From NCBI GenBank assembly GCA_965219345.1, contig OZ244732.1, positions 800,001-864,000 on the forward strand: 64,000 bases of DNA, given 5' to 3'. The translations under genes and the position numbers were made by a program. This document shows positions 28,600-38,309 of this stretch, one piece after another; the stretch's first letter is position 1; each line of letters opens with the position of its first letter. The DNA comes from Nitrosopumilus sp. (lineage in GTDB: Archaea; Thermoproteota; Nitrososphaeria; Nitrososphaerales; Nitrosopumilaceae). A model generated the notes under the pieces. The model worked only from the letters and a program-made list of their open reading frames with translations. It had not been told where the DNA came from and did not search any database.

Positions 28600-28902
28600 A
28601 TGCCAATAGCAATACTTCCAGACATTGATGAACAAAGATGTATCGGATGTGCACTATGTGTAGAAATCTGTACAACTCTTGGTCCAGATGTCCTTAGAGT
28701 AAAACCAGTTGAAGGCTGGAAGAGAGGTAAAGCATTTGTCTTTTATCCAGAGAGATGTATTTCAGATGGTGCATGCATCGGTGTATGTCCAACAAAATCA
28801 ATCTTTTGGATGAGACCAATGAATTATACTGCTGGACAACCAGTCCCTCTTCATAAAAACGGTGTCTTCATTAACGGTTGGGCAGAAGACGCAGCACTAT
28901 AA
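28600..28902 (+). CDS. 4Fe-4S ferredoxin
   Basis: CIGCALCVEIC and CISDGACIGVCP motifs. Confidence 0.95.
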   Translation: MPIAILPDIDEQRCIGCALCVEICTTLGPDVLRVKPVEGWKRGKAFVFYPERCISDGACIGVCPTKSIFWMRPMNYTAGQPVPLHKNGVFINGWAEDAAL

Positions 28903-28940
28903 GCTGAATCTTTTAGCAAATTCTTTTTTATTATTTTTAA

Positions 28941-30452
28941 TTAAACAAAAGATTTTTTCTTGATTTTTTTTGGTAGTGTTTTTACAAAATGTTTCAAAAA
29001 TTTGTCATTTTTATCATAATGAATTTCCAAAAACTTGTTGTTATCAAAGAAACATCCCCATGTCTTTTCAAACGTAGGGAATTCTTTTGGATCAAAACCC
29101 ATTCTAGAAGTTTCATGATGTGCAGCTGGAAAGATATCTGAAATCTCAATTGGAATCAATCCTAACTGTGGATTATATTGGCATACCTGTATTGAATCAA
29201 AATCCCTGAATTTTCTCTCTAATCCAACATATTGATGAGACAAATATCCAGGCTTTGAACTTGATTCTTTGGTAATGATTAGTTTCTTTTTCTTTGATTT
29301 GAATTTTCTAACCATATTATGATATGCTTGAACCTCTGGACGAAATTGGTCTTCTTTATCGAATAGAAAAATAGCCTTTTCTTTGAATTTTGGTGTAGTA
29401 ACACCAAGATACTCATAATTATTTGTCATGACTTCAATCATTTCAAATAATTTTGGATGGGCCCTTGCCTTTTTCATTACATATTCCCATAATCTTCCTT
29501 CATGGATTGCCTGCTTTACTTTGTCGACTTCAAGTTTTATTGCATAGAGATTATGAATTGCTAGTTGATTGATTTTTTCAGCTGCTTCAAGCTGACGTAA
29601 CTCGTCGGGAGTATATTTTGAACATACCTCGCAATTACATGGAAATACGGTGATATCGGACAAATACCGTGTACCGTCATCTGTGATGTATCTAAGATGT
29701 TTTGCATAAAGCATGTAGGAAGCTGAATCAAATGTATCACATCCTAAAGCTACTGCAAATGGTATTGTTAGAGGATGTCCAGCCCCAAAGAGGTGTAAAG
29801 GAATAGAGTGCGGAATGTGTTTTTTTGCAGCTACAATCATCTGTGCTAATAGCCTATATTCATACGACTCCATAAATTCAACCGGACTTCCTAAAGCCAA
29901 CATCTGAAAACCAATATCTACTAATCTTTTTGCTGACTTTGCAACAAGTTCAAAATGTTCCCCGCCTTGAATTGGACCAATCCAAATCTGACCATTATCT
30001 TCACTGTCATCTAATGTCTGTTTTGAAACTTTGAGAGTATGTTTAACGTATGCTTCTGCTTTTTTTAATGGTAGCCCAAATCCTGTTGGCTTGTCAAGCG
30101 GAATTGCAAAATCTGCAAGTATTTTTTTTTCAAAATTTGCCATATCTGAAGGCAAAACATTAACATCTCCATATTCTAGAACTTGATAACCTCCAGAATC
30201 CGTCATAATTGCACCATCAAAATCTATAATTTTATGAATTCCTTTTTTTACTGCCTCATCGCCGTAACTGTTTTTCGTAATGTATGCATTTGTAATTACT
30301 AAATCAAAACCAATCTGTTGAATTTTTTTTGATGGGATTGTTTGCTTTACGGGATGAATGACAGGAACGTATGCTGGCGTCTCAATCTTTCCATGATTAG
30401 CGTAAAGAGTACCTATCCTTCCCGCCAAATCAGTTTTAGAAATTTCAAACAA
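28941..30452 (-). CDS. tgtA: Archaeosine tRNA-guanine(15) transglycosylase
   Basis: ETPAYVPV, TDSGGYQ, HLFGAGHP, FDSASY, CNCEVC. Confidence 0.95.
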   Translation of the reverse strand: MFEISKTDLAGRIGTLYANHGKIETPAYVPVIHPVKQTIPSKKIQQIGFDLVITNAYITKNSYGDEAVKKGIHKIIDFDGAIMTDSGGYQVLEYGDVNVLPSDMANFEKKILADFAIPLDKPTGFGLPLKKAEAYVKHTLKVSKQTLDDSEDNGQIWIGPIQGGEHFELVAKSAKRLVDIGFQMLALGSPVEFMESYEYRLLAQMIVAAKKHIPHSIPLHLFGAGHPLTIPFAVALGCDTFDSASYMLYAKHLRYITDDGTRYLSDITVFPCNCEVCSKYTPDELRQLEAAEKINQLAIHNLYAIKLEVDKVKQAIHEGRLWEYVMKKARAHPKLFEMIEVMTNNYEYLGVTTPKFKEKAIFLFDKEDQFRPEVQAYHNMVRKFKSKKKKLIITKESSSKPGYLSHQYVGLERKFRDFDSIQVCQYNPQLGLIPIEISDIFPAAHHETSRMGFDPKEFPTFEKTWGCFFDNNKFLEIHYDKNDKFLKHFVKTLPKKIKKKSFV

Positions 30453-30483
30453 GTAACTTCACAAACTTAAGGGCGTTATTTAA

Positions 30484-31032
30484 TCAATCAGTAAAAAATT
30501 TTTTCAAATCATTATTTTTCGTAACCAAACCAAGCCAATCCACTTCCTCATTACCCTCATTGCTAGAAATTAGAGTCATCACTTTTTCTACCACTTCTTG
30601 AATGCTTTTTCCACTAGTGTTAATTTGGAATGTCTTTTCTTGGAATTTACTTATTGTGTCATGTGCAATAATGCCTAGCACCTCACTACCCAAGTTTTCC
30701 TTGCTTTTCTTATCAGTATACTTTCTTTCTTTGTAGATTGAGATTAGATCATAGGGATTTCTTCTTAAAACGATCACTATCTTTACTCTGTTTTTATCTA
30801 AAACATAAGGTGCTAAATGACCAACAATCACTTCTTTCTCTGAAATTTTTTGTTTAAGGATTTTTTCTAGCTTTACAGTATCAATGTTGCATGTATCTTC
30901 ATTTTTTTCAAACAATCCTGCATCTTTTGCTATACTGTTAATATCAAGAATCGATAGTTCAAGCTTTTCAGCAATTTCTTGCGTAATGGTATGTTTTCCA
31001 ACTCCCGGATTTCCAGTAATTATTATTGACAT
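30484..31032 (-). CDS. AK6/Fap7-like nucleoside monophosphate kinase
   Basis: ITGNPGVGKHT P-loop, IVGH, ENLGSEVL. Confidence 0.8.
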   Translation of the reverse strand: MSIIITGNPGVGKHTITQEIAEKLELSILDINSIAKDAGLFEKNEDTCNIDTVKLEKILKQKISEKEVIVGHLAPYVLDKNRVKIVIVLRRNPYDLISIYKERKYTDKKSKENLGSEVLGIIAHDTISKFQEKTFQINTSGKSIQEVVEKVMTLISSNEGNEEVDWLGLVTKNNDLKKFFTD

Positions 31033-31096
31033 GTTATAAAATCATAATAAACTGCATTAAACGATTTCTGTAATACTAATAAGTAGAATTGGATTT

Positions 31097-32293
31097 TTGA
31101 CTATATTGCAAATTGGTTTATTAGGTAAAGCAAATGTTGGAAAATCGACATTTTTTTCAGCTGCAACTGAAACCCCGGTAGCATCCGGTAATTTTCCTTT
31201 TACAACAATTGAACCAAATGTAGGTATGGCTTATGTTAAGGCAGATTGTGCTTGCAAACATTTTGGCATTCAACATGAAAATGAATTATGTAATAACGGT
31301 ACTCGCTTCATTCCAGTCAAACTCATTGATACTGCAGGATTGGTTCCAGGTGCACATGAAGGAAAGGGACTAGGAAATCAATTTCTTGATGATGCAAGAC
31401 AAGCTGAAGTTCTGATTCATGTAGTTGACATTGCTGGAAGTACTGATATTCAAGGACAACCAGTTCCAGCTGGGACACATGATCCTCTCAAAGATATTCT
31501 ATTTGTTCAAGATGAATTTGATCAGTGGTTTGCAGATATTCTTAAGAGAGAGTGGGACAAGATTACCCGTGAAATTGATCAGAAAAGGGCAAAACTCACT
31601 GATGGTATTGCAAAACGATTCACCGGATTGGGCATTAAGGACTATCAAGTACACGAAGTGTTACAACAGCTAGATCTTATTTCTAGAAATCCAAAGACAT
31701 GGAAAGATTCTGATATCCAAAGTTTTGTCAAAGAATTAAGAAAAAATACAAAACCGATGATTATTGCAGCAAATAAAGCAGATCTTTGTCAGGATCTTGA
31801 CATTCTTAAAAAAATATCAGATCCTGTAATTCTTTGTAGTGCTGAAACTGAATTACTTTTACGAAAAGCATCAAAAGCAGGAATCGTGAATTATTCTTCT
31901 GGAGATAAAGATTTTAAAATTATTGAAGGCAAAGAAATTCTACCTCCTCAACAAAAAGCATTAGATTTGGTAAAGTCAGTGTTTTCTAAAATTCCATCTA
32001 CTGGCATTCAGAAAATCCTAAACACCGCTGTTTTTGATTCTCTAAAATTTATTGTTGTATATCCTGTGGAAGATGAAACAAAACTAACCAACAAAGATGG
32101 CGTTATTTTACCTGACACAAAATTACTTCCACAAGATTCTACTGCAAAAGATTTAGCGGGTTTAATCCATGCAGATATTGCCAAGGGATTTTTACATGCA
32201 ATTGATTGCAAAACCAAACAAAGAATCAGTGGTGAACAGAGACTAAAAAGCGGCGATGTAATCAAAATTATATCCACATTAAGTAGAGGATAG
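31097..32293 (+). CDS. ychF: YchF/OLA1-family translation-associated NTPase
   Basis: GKANVGKST, FPFTTIEPN, DTAGLVPGA..GKGLGN, NKAD; C-terminal TGS domain. Confidence 0.92.
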   Translation: MTILQIGLLGKANVGKSTFFSAATETPVASGNFPFTTIEPNVGMAYVKADCACKHFGIQHENELCNNGTRFIPVKLIDTAGLVPGAHEGKGLGNQFLDDARQAEVLIHVVDIAGSTDIQGQPVPAGTHDPLKDILFVQDEFDQWFADILKREWDKITREIDQKRAKLTDGIAKRFTGLGIKDYQVHEVLQQLDLISRNPKTWKDSDIQSFVKELRKNTKPMIIAANKADLCQDLDILKKISDPVILCSAETELLLRKASKAGIVNYSSGDKDFKIIEGKEILPPQQKALDLVKSVFSKIPSTGIQKILNTAVFDSLKFIVVYPVEDETKLTNKDGVILPDTKLLPQDSTAKDLAGLIHADIAKGFLHAIDCKTKQRISGEQRLKSGDVIKIISTLSRG

Positions 32294-32294
32294 C

Positions 32295-33278
32295 ATGCTA
32301 GGTTTGGGAATTGAAAGCACAGCTCATACATTTTCTTGTGCCATAATTGAAAAAAAAGGAAAGAAAGGAAGGATTCTTTCTGATATCCGAAAAATTTATC
32401 GTCCTGCAGAGGGAGAAGGAATTCATCCAAGAGAAGCATCACGTCATCATATTGAAAATAGTTCTTCAGTATTGTCTGAATGTCTTATAGAGGCAAATAC
32501 TGCAATCAAAGATCTAGATCTTATTTCTTATGCCGCAGGTCCAGGATTAGGTCCATGCTTACGCGTTGGCGCAGTTGTTGCAAGATCTTTGGCTTCTTTT
32601 TATAAAATTCCAATTTATCCTGTCAATCACGCAATTGGTCACATTGAATTAGGAAAACTACTAACAGGTGCTACCAATCCTTTGGTACTTTTGGTATCTG
32701 GAGGACATACTATGCTTTTGGCATTTCTTAACAAGCAGTGGAGAGTTTTTGGTGAGACTTTAGATATTACACTAGGCCAACTGCTTGATCAATTTGGAAG
32801 ATCCATTGGATTTGCTTCTCCATGCGGAAAAAGTATAGAAGAGTTAGCATCTGCGTCTTCAAACTATATCATGCTACCATATTCAGTAAAAGGAAATGAT
32901 GTTTCTTTTTCAGGTTTATTGTCTGCCACAAAATCTGTTGTAAAGCAAAGTAAAGCTGATGCATGCTATTCACTTCAAGAAACCGCTTTTGCAATGATTA
33001 GTGAAGTTGTAGAGCGTGCTTTGTCATTTACCTGCAAAAAAGAATTGATGATAGTAGGTGGTGTTGCAGCTAACAAAAGATTATCTGAAATGCTTCAAGC
33101 TGTATGTAAACGACACGAATGTAAATTCTTTGTAGTTCCAATACAATATGCTGGAGATTGTGGAAGTCAAATATGTTGGACTGGACTTTTAGAATCACAA
33201 GTCAAGCAGGGTACTTTACTAAAAGATACTTTGGTTACACAATCTTGGAGATTAGATTCAGTTAAAGTAGATTATTGA
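32295..33278 (+). CDS. kae1: KEOPS t6A threonylcarbamoyltransferase
   Basis: GIESTAH, GPGLGPCL, VNHAIGHIE, VSGGHT, VGGVAAN. Confidence 0.95.
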   Translation: MLGLGIESTAHTFSCAIIEKKGKKGRILSDIRKIYRPAEGEGIHPREASRHHIENSSSVLSECLIEANTAIKDLDLISYAAGPGLGPCLRVGAVVARSLASFYKIPIYPVNHAIGHIELGKLLTGATNPLVLLVSGGHTMLLAFLNKQWRVFGETLDITLGQLLDQFGRSIGFASPCGKSIEELASASSNYIMLPYSVKGNDVSFSGLLSATKSVVKQSKADACYSLQETAFAMISEVVERALSFTCKKELMIVGGVAANKRLSEMLQAVCKRHECKFFVVPIQYAGDCGSQICWTGLLESQVKQGTLLKDTLVTQSWRLDSVKVDY

Positions 33279-33598
33279 TTTTTGTTATTATTAATTGCCT
33301 CATCAATACTTTTAAGCCAACTTTTTGTATTGAAAACTCCAAACTTGTAAGTCTGTTCATCATTATTTGTCTTTGCCGTAAAACATACTTTTTTTATTAG
33401 CAATCCCTCCTTCCATGTTTTGGTCACATCATTTAATGAAACATCTAGTACTGTATCACCCATACGTTTGGAAAAATCCATCATTCTTGCCCTAGTTTTG
33501 TCAAATGCTAATCTCTTGTTAGTTAATGTCATAATTCCTGAACCTAAACTATCTTCACTACAATCTTCTTGTTTTATTTTCTTTTCTCCTTCTTCCAT
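33272..33598 (-). CDS. Hypothetical protein, PH/GRAM-like fold
   Basis: GIMTLTNKRLAF pattern; C-terminal helix WLKSI. Confidence 0.65.
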   Translation of the reverse strand: MEEGEKKIKQEDCSEDSLGSGIMTLTNKRLAFDKTRARMMDFSKRMGDTVLDVSLNDVTKTWKEGLLIKKVCFTAKTNNDEQTYKFGVFNTKSWLKSIDEAINNNKNQ

Positions 33599-33629
33599 GA
33601 ATAATTTTTATTGAATTACTTTAGATATA

Positions 33630-34256
33630 ATGTTAATGAAATTAAGAAAAAAAGGAGCAGAAGCTGACATATATCAATCCAAATGGCAAAATTCTAAGGC
33701 AATTATCAAAATTAGAAAAACAAAAAATTATCGTAATTCTTCTCTTGACTTAAAAATACGTAGACATAGAACAATAAAAGAATCTCAAATGATATCTCAG
33801 GTAAAGTCATTTGGAATCCCCACACCTCTTGTTTACTTTGTAAACTTGGAAAAGGCCTTAATTATAATGCAAGAAATTCCCGGAAAACCAGTTCATGATT
33901 TACCTGAATTAAAAATTATTGATTTATCAAAAGAAATCGGAAAATTGGTTGGAACGATGCATAAAAATGGAGTAATGCACGGAGATTTGACAACATCAAA
34001 CTTCATCTTATTTCAAAATACTGTTTTTGTCATTGATTTTGGGCTGTCTCAAAATACAATAAAACCTGAAGATCATGCAGTTGATTTGAGATTAATCAAA
34101 GAAATTCTTAACAGTGCTCATACAAAAATCATGGAGCCTGCTTGGAAAAACTTCCTAATTGGTTATAGATCTGTTGCTGGAAATGCAAATTACATCAAAA
34201 TTACAAAACTAGTTTTGGACATAGAAAGTCGTGGTAGGTATGCTGCAGTCGTTTGA
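33630..34256 (+). CDS. bud32: KEOPS kinase
   Basis: GAEA, HGDLTTSN, IDFGL, AVDL, RGRY. Confidence 0.95.
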   Translation: MLMKLRKKGAEADIYQSKWQNSKAIIKIRKTKNYRNSSLDLKIRRHRTIKESQMISQVKSFGIPTPLVYFVNLEKALIIMQEIPGKPVHDLPELKIIDLSKEIGKLVGTMHKNGVMHGDLTTSNFILFQNTVFVIDFGLSQNTIKPEDHAVDLRLIKEILNSAHTKIMEPAWKNFLIGYRSVAGNANYIKITKLVLDIESRGRYAAVV

Positions 34257-34806
34257 TCTTTTTTTTGTATCCTCAAATAGGCACAAATACCAAGAGGCAA
34301 AAAAGATTCTGGATTCCTATGGAATAAAACTTGGTTTTTTCAAATTTGATTTAGAAGAGATTCAATCAAATTCACTTAAAGACATTGCATCAAAAAAAGC
34401 AAAAGATGCGTTTTCCAAATGTAAAAAACCTGTAATAATTGAAGATGATGGTCTATTCATTAACTCACTTGGTGGATTTCCAGGCCCTTACTCATCATAT
34501 GTTTTCAAAACAATTGGAAACACAGGAATTCTTAATCTCTTGAAAAATAATAGAAAGGCAAAGTTTGTTTCTGTTATTAGTTATTGCGATAAAAAAATTC
34601 TTCAGTCCTTTGATTCAAAACTTGATGGTACTATATCACACTCACAAAAAGGAAAAGGTTGGGGATATGACCCAATCTTTATACCCAAAAATACTAGGAA
34701 AACGTTTGCTGAAATGTACAACAAAAATGAATTGTCACATAGATACAAAGCGCTAAAAAAATTTTCTAATTGGTATTTACATATGCAGGAATCAAACGAT
34801 CAATAA
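34240..34806 (+). CDS. rdgB: RdgB/HAM1 non-canonical purine NTP pyrophosphatase
   Basis: SSNRHK, EDDGL, GFPGPYS, WGYDPIF, SHR. Confidence 0.95.
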   Translation: MLQSFDLFFVSSNRHKYQEAKKILDSYGIKLGFFKFDLEEIQSNSLKDIASKKAKDAFSKCKKPVIIEDDGLFINSLGGFPGPYSSYVFKTIGNTGILNLLKNNRKAKFVSVISYCDKKILQSFDSKLDGTISHSQKGKGWGYDPIFIPKNTRKTFAEMYNKNELSHRYKALKKFSNWYLHMQESNDQ

Positions 34807-35794
34807 ATCTTTCATTATTCTGTAAAACTACAATTCTTGAAACAAAACTTTCATCCATTATTGAAAATATCTTACTTTGTTTAACTATCTGTTCACTAAA
34901 ATTTTTTATCTCTTCCATTTCTAACATGTTAGAATATTCTAATCTGTTAGTTGAACGACCAATATGCATGTATGATTTTATTTCAATAAAGTGCGGACTT
35001 GCTTTTCTAATCATTTCTGCAAATGCTGGAACCATCTCTTTTATGTCATTATAGTCTCTAATCAGAGTAATTCTAAGAACTGTTCTTGTTTTCAAATGTT
35101 TCAACATGGCAAGAGTTCTGTTCCATCTTTCCCACGAATCATCATATTTTGGCTTGTTTATTCTCATAAATGAATCATGGTCTGAGGCATTAGTTGACAA
35201 GTACAACTGTGTTGGTAATGCATCTTCATCCTGTAGTCTTTGTATCATATCTGGCTCTTGCCCATTAGTTACAAGAAAAGTTGATTTTGTTGCCTTAAGT
35301 GAGCGTAGATATTTAATTAGTTCTGGTAACTTTGGATACATTGTTGGTTCACCAGAAAGTGAAATTGCATAATGACTAGGTAATAACGACTCATCTAATC
35401 TTTGTTTATCGTTTCTTGAATCCCCAAAATATCCATTGATCAGTTCTTTTCTTTCAGCCATCAATTTTGTTAAAATCTGTTCAGGTTCAGCAACTTGTTT
35501 TGGATCCATTTTTAATGAATTATAAAATTCCATTGGTCTCCAACAGTATACACAACGATTTTCACAATGCATTCCAGCTGGGGAAAATTCCATGCATCTA
35601 TGAGTTGAAATTCCATAAAACTTGTGTTTATAGCAATTTCCTTCATGTTTGAATGATTTTTTTGTCCAATGACATAGTGCTACTGTAGAATGATCAGCAA
35701 CTCCATACTTTGCTTTTTTTAACTGCTTAACTATTACAGGTTTGATCTGAAGTAACCGATCATCTTCTTCGATTGTTTCGCCAGAACAACTCAT
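34766..35794 (-). CDS. taw1: 4-demethylwyosine synthase (radical SAM)
   Basis: CHWTK, CYKHKFYGI, CENRCVYCWR, SLSGEP. Confidence 0.95.
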   Translation of the reverse strand: MSCSGETIEEDDRLLQIKPVIVKQLKKAKYGVADHSTVALCHWTKKSFKHEGNCYKHKFYGISTHRCMEFSPAGMHCENRCVYCWRPMEFYNSLKMDPKQVAEPEQILTKLMAERKELINGYFGDSRNDKQRLDESLLPSHYAISLSGEPTMYPKLPELIKYLRSLKATKSTFLVTNGQEPDMIQRLQDEDALPTQLYLSTNASDHDSFMRINKPKYDDSWERWNRTLAMLKHLKTRTVLRITLIRDYNDIKEMVPAFAEMIRKASPHFIEIKSYMHIGRSTNRLEYSNMLEMEEIKNFSEQIVKQSKIFSIMDESFVSRIVVLQNNERFIDRLIPAYVNTN

Positions 35795-35930
35795 GATTTC
35801 AAATCTTGTTTTGTTTACTTAAATTGATCGAGTTATTTCCCCAAGGTGGAAATTTTTCTTAAATCTGTTATGACTTTGAGTCGATTCTAGAGTGAGGTTT
35901 AATAACTGGATCCCCGAGGTAATTTTAGCA

Positions 35931-38297
35931 TTGAAAAATATACATATTTTGCCATTCCTAGTATTGCTGTTAACTACCTTAACTAGTGTGCCTGTTAACT
36001 ACACTCTTGCTGCTACTGACTTGGATGAAGACGGTGTGGATGATGTTATAGATGCGTGTCCAAATTTACAAGAAGATTATATGGATATTGCTGATGGTTG
36101 CCCATCAAACTTTGTTCCATGGTATGATGAAGACTATGACGGAATACAAGATCATAATGATGCTTGCCCAAATTTCAAAGAAAATTACAATAGATTCCAA
36201 GACGATGACGGCTGTCCTGATGTATCTCCTGGAAGTGGAGAAGGTGGATTGCCTGATTCTGATGGTGATGGTTTTGCTGACACGAGAGACTTGTGTCCAA
36301 CGCAACCAGAGACATTCAATGGCATACTTGATAGAGACGGCTGCCCTGATTCATTTGGTTTTGCTGACAGAGATAGAGATGGAGTCCAAGATAATGTAGA
36401 CACATGTCCGCTAAGTCCAGAAAATTACAATAGATTCCAAGACGATGACGGCTGCCCTGATTCTATAATGGAATCATCTGTAGTTGATTCTGATGATGAC
36501 AATACAGATGTTTCGTTAGCCCCCTCGTTTGATGATACTGATGGTGATGGAATAGCAGACCCATTTGACGTTTGTCCTAATTACCCCGAAACTTTCAATG
36601 GGTTTGCTGATTATGACGGCTGTCCAGATTCAACCCCATCATTTACTGGTTCATTAAATGATAAAGATGGTGATGGAATACCAGATACTATTGATGCTTG
36701 TCCTTTAGATCTTGAAAGATACAACGGCTTCCAAGATGAAGACGGCTGTCCAGATATTCCTCCATATACTAGTGATTCTGATTCAGACCTTGATGGAATT
36801 CTAGATAGTGTTGATCAGTGTCCACAAGAAAAAGAAACCTACAACAAATTCCAAGACGATGACGGTTGCCCTGACTCTGTAGCAGATAATAAAGAAATAT
36901 CAGATACTGATGGTGATGGAATCAATGATTATGTAGACTTGTGTCCAACGCAACCAGAGACATTCAATGGCATACTTGATAGAGACGGCTGTCCAGATGG
37001 TTATCTCTCAACTAGTGATCGTGACAGTGATGGACTACCAGATAATCTTGATAAATGTCCAACCGCTAAAGAAACCTGGAACAAATTCCAAGACGAAGAC
37101 GGTTGCCCTGACTATGTCTCTAATTTATCAGCATTAGACTTTGATGGTGACGGATTTTTTGACTTGAATGACAAGTGTCCTCTTGAACCAGAAGTGTATA
37201 ATGGTTATGAAGATACAGACGGCTGTCCAGATGTTACAGTTTTAGATTCTGATAGTGACGGAATTAGAGATACATTAGATCAATGTCCTACGACTGCAGA
37301 AACCTGGAATAGATATCAAGATAATGACGGCTGTCCAGACAACCCATCAGAAACTGATTCAGACTTTGATGGTATTTTAGATTCCATAGATGAATGTCCT
37401 CTTGACAGAGAACGTTACAACGGTTTCCAAGATGAAGACGGCTGTCCAGATTACCCTGATTATATTTCTAGCATGGACTCAGACTTTGATGGAATCATCG
37501 ATGGATTAGATCAATGCCCACTAGTTCCTGAAACCTACAACAAATTCCAAGACGATGACGGTTGCCCTGACTCTGTAGCAGATAATAAAGGAGCTCCAGA
37601 TTCAGACAATGATGGAATTAATGATTACAAAGATCATTGTCCAACTCAACAAGAGACCTATAATGGAATTCTTGATTTAGATGGATGTCCAGATAACTAT
37701 ATCCCAACAAGTGATCGTGACTTAGACGGAATACCTGACGATATTGATACATGTCCAACTGCTAAAGAAACCTACAACAAATTCCAAGACGATGATGGCT
37801 GTCCGGATTCTATAACGGAATCGTTTGTTGTTGATTCTGATAATGATGGTATTGATGATATTAATGATGATTGTCCTTTGGTTGCTGAAAATTATAATGG
37901 GTTTAAAGATACAGACGGTTGCCCAGATCTTGATGATACACAACCTGATTCTGATGATGACGGTGTTCCAGATGTGATGGATTTATGTCCAGAGCAAAGC
38001 GAAGTTTGGAATAGATATATTGACTATGACGGCTGTCCAGATGTCTTACCAACTGGACCCAATACAATTGATAGTGATGAAGACGGCATAAGTGATGTTA
38101 TTGATTCATGTCCAAACCAAAAAGAAACTTACAACAAGTACAACGACAAAGACGGCTGTCCAGATATTGCTCCAGAACAATCAAGATACAAACATGATGC
38201 TGATTTAGATGGTATTATCGATGACAATGACTTGTGTCCTCTAGAACTAGAGGACTATGACGGTGATAGAGATACTGACGGATGTCCTGATCAATAG
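35931..38297 (+). CDS. Secreted thrombospondin type-3-repeat protein 1
   Basis: Signal peptide and repeated DxDxDGxxDxxDxCP..E..N...D.DGCPD units; TTG at 35931 fits the upstream TATA box better than 35892. Confidence 0.9.
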   Translation: MKNIHILPFLVLLLTTLTSVPVNYTLAATDLDEDGVDDVIDACPNLQEDYMDIADGCPSNFVPWYDEDYDGIQDHNDACPNFKENYNRFQDDDGCPDVSPGSGEGGLPDSDGDGFADTRDLCPTQPETFNGILDRDGCPDSFGFADRDRDGVQDNVDTCPLSPENYNRFQDDDGCPDSIMESSVVDSDDDNTDVSLAPSFDDTDGDGIADPFDVCPNYPETFNGFADYDGCPDSTPSFTGSLNDKDGDGIPDTIDACPLDLERYNGFQDEDGCPDIPPYTSDSDSDLDGILDSVDQCPQEKETYNKFQDDDGCPDSVADNKEISDTDGDGINDYVDLCPTQPETFNGILDRDGCPDGYLSTSDRDSDGLPDNLDKCPTAKETWNKFQDEDGCPDYVSNLSALDFDGDGFFDLNDKCPLEPEVYNGYEDTDGCPDVTVLDSDSDGIRDTLDQCPTTAETWNRYQDNDGCPDNPSETDSDFDGILDSIDECPLDRERYNGFQDEDGCPDYPDYISSMDSDFDGIIDGLDQCPLVPETYNKFQDDDGCPDSVADNKGAPDSDNDGINDYKDHCPTQQETYNGILDLDGCPDNYIPTSDRDLDGIPDDIDTCPTAKETYNKFQDDDGCPDSITESFVVDSDNDGIDDINDDCPLVAENYNGFKDTDGCPDLDDTQPDSDDDGVPDVMDLCPEQSEVWNRYIDYDGCPDVLPTGPNTIDSDEDGISDVIDSCPNQKETYNKYNDKDGCPDIAPEQSRYKHDADLDGIIDDNDLCPLELEDYDGDRDTDGCPDQ

Positions 38298-38309
38298 TAG
38301 AATCTTAAA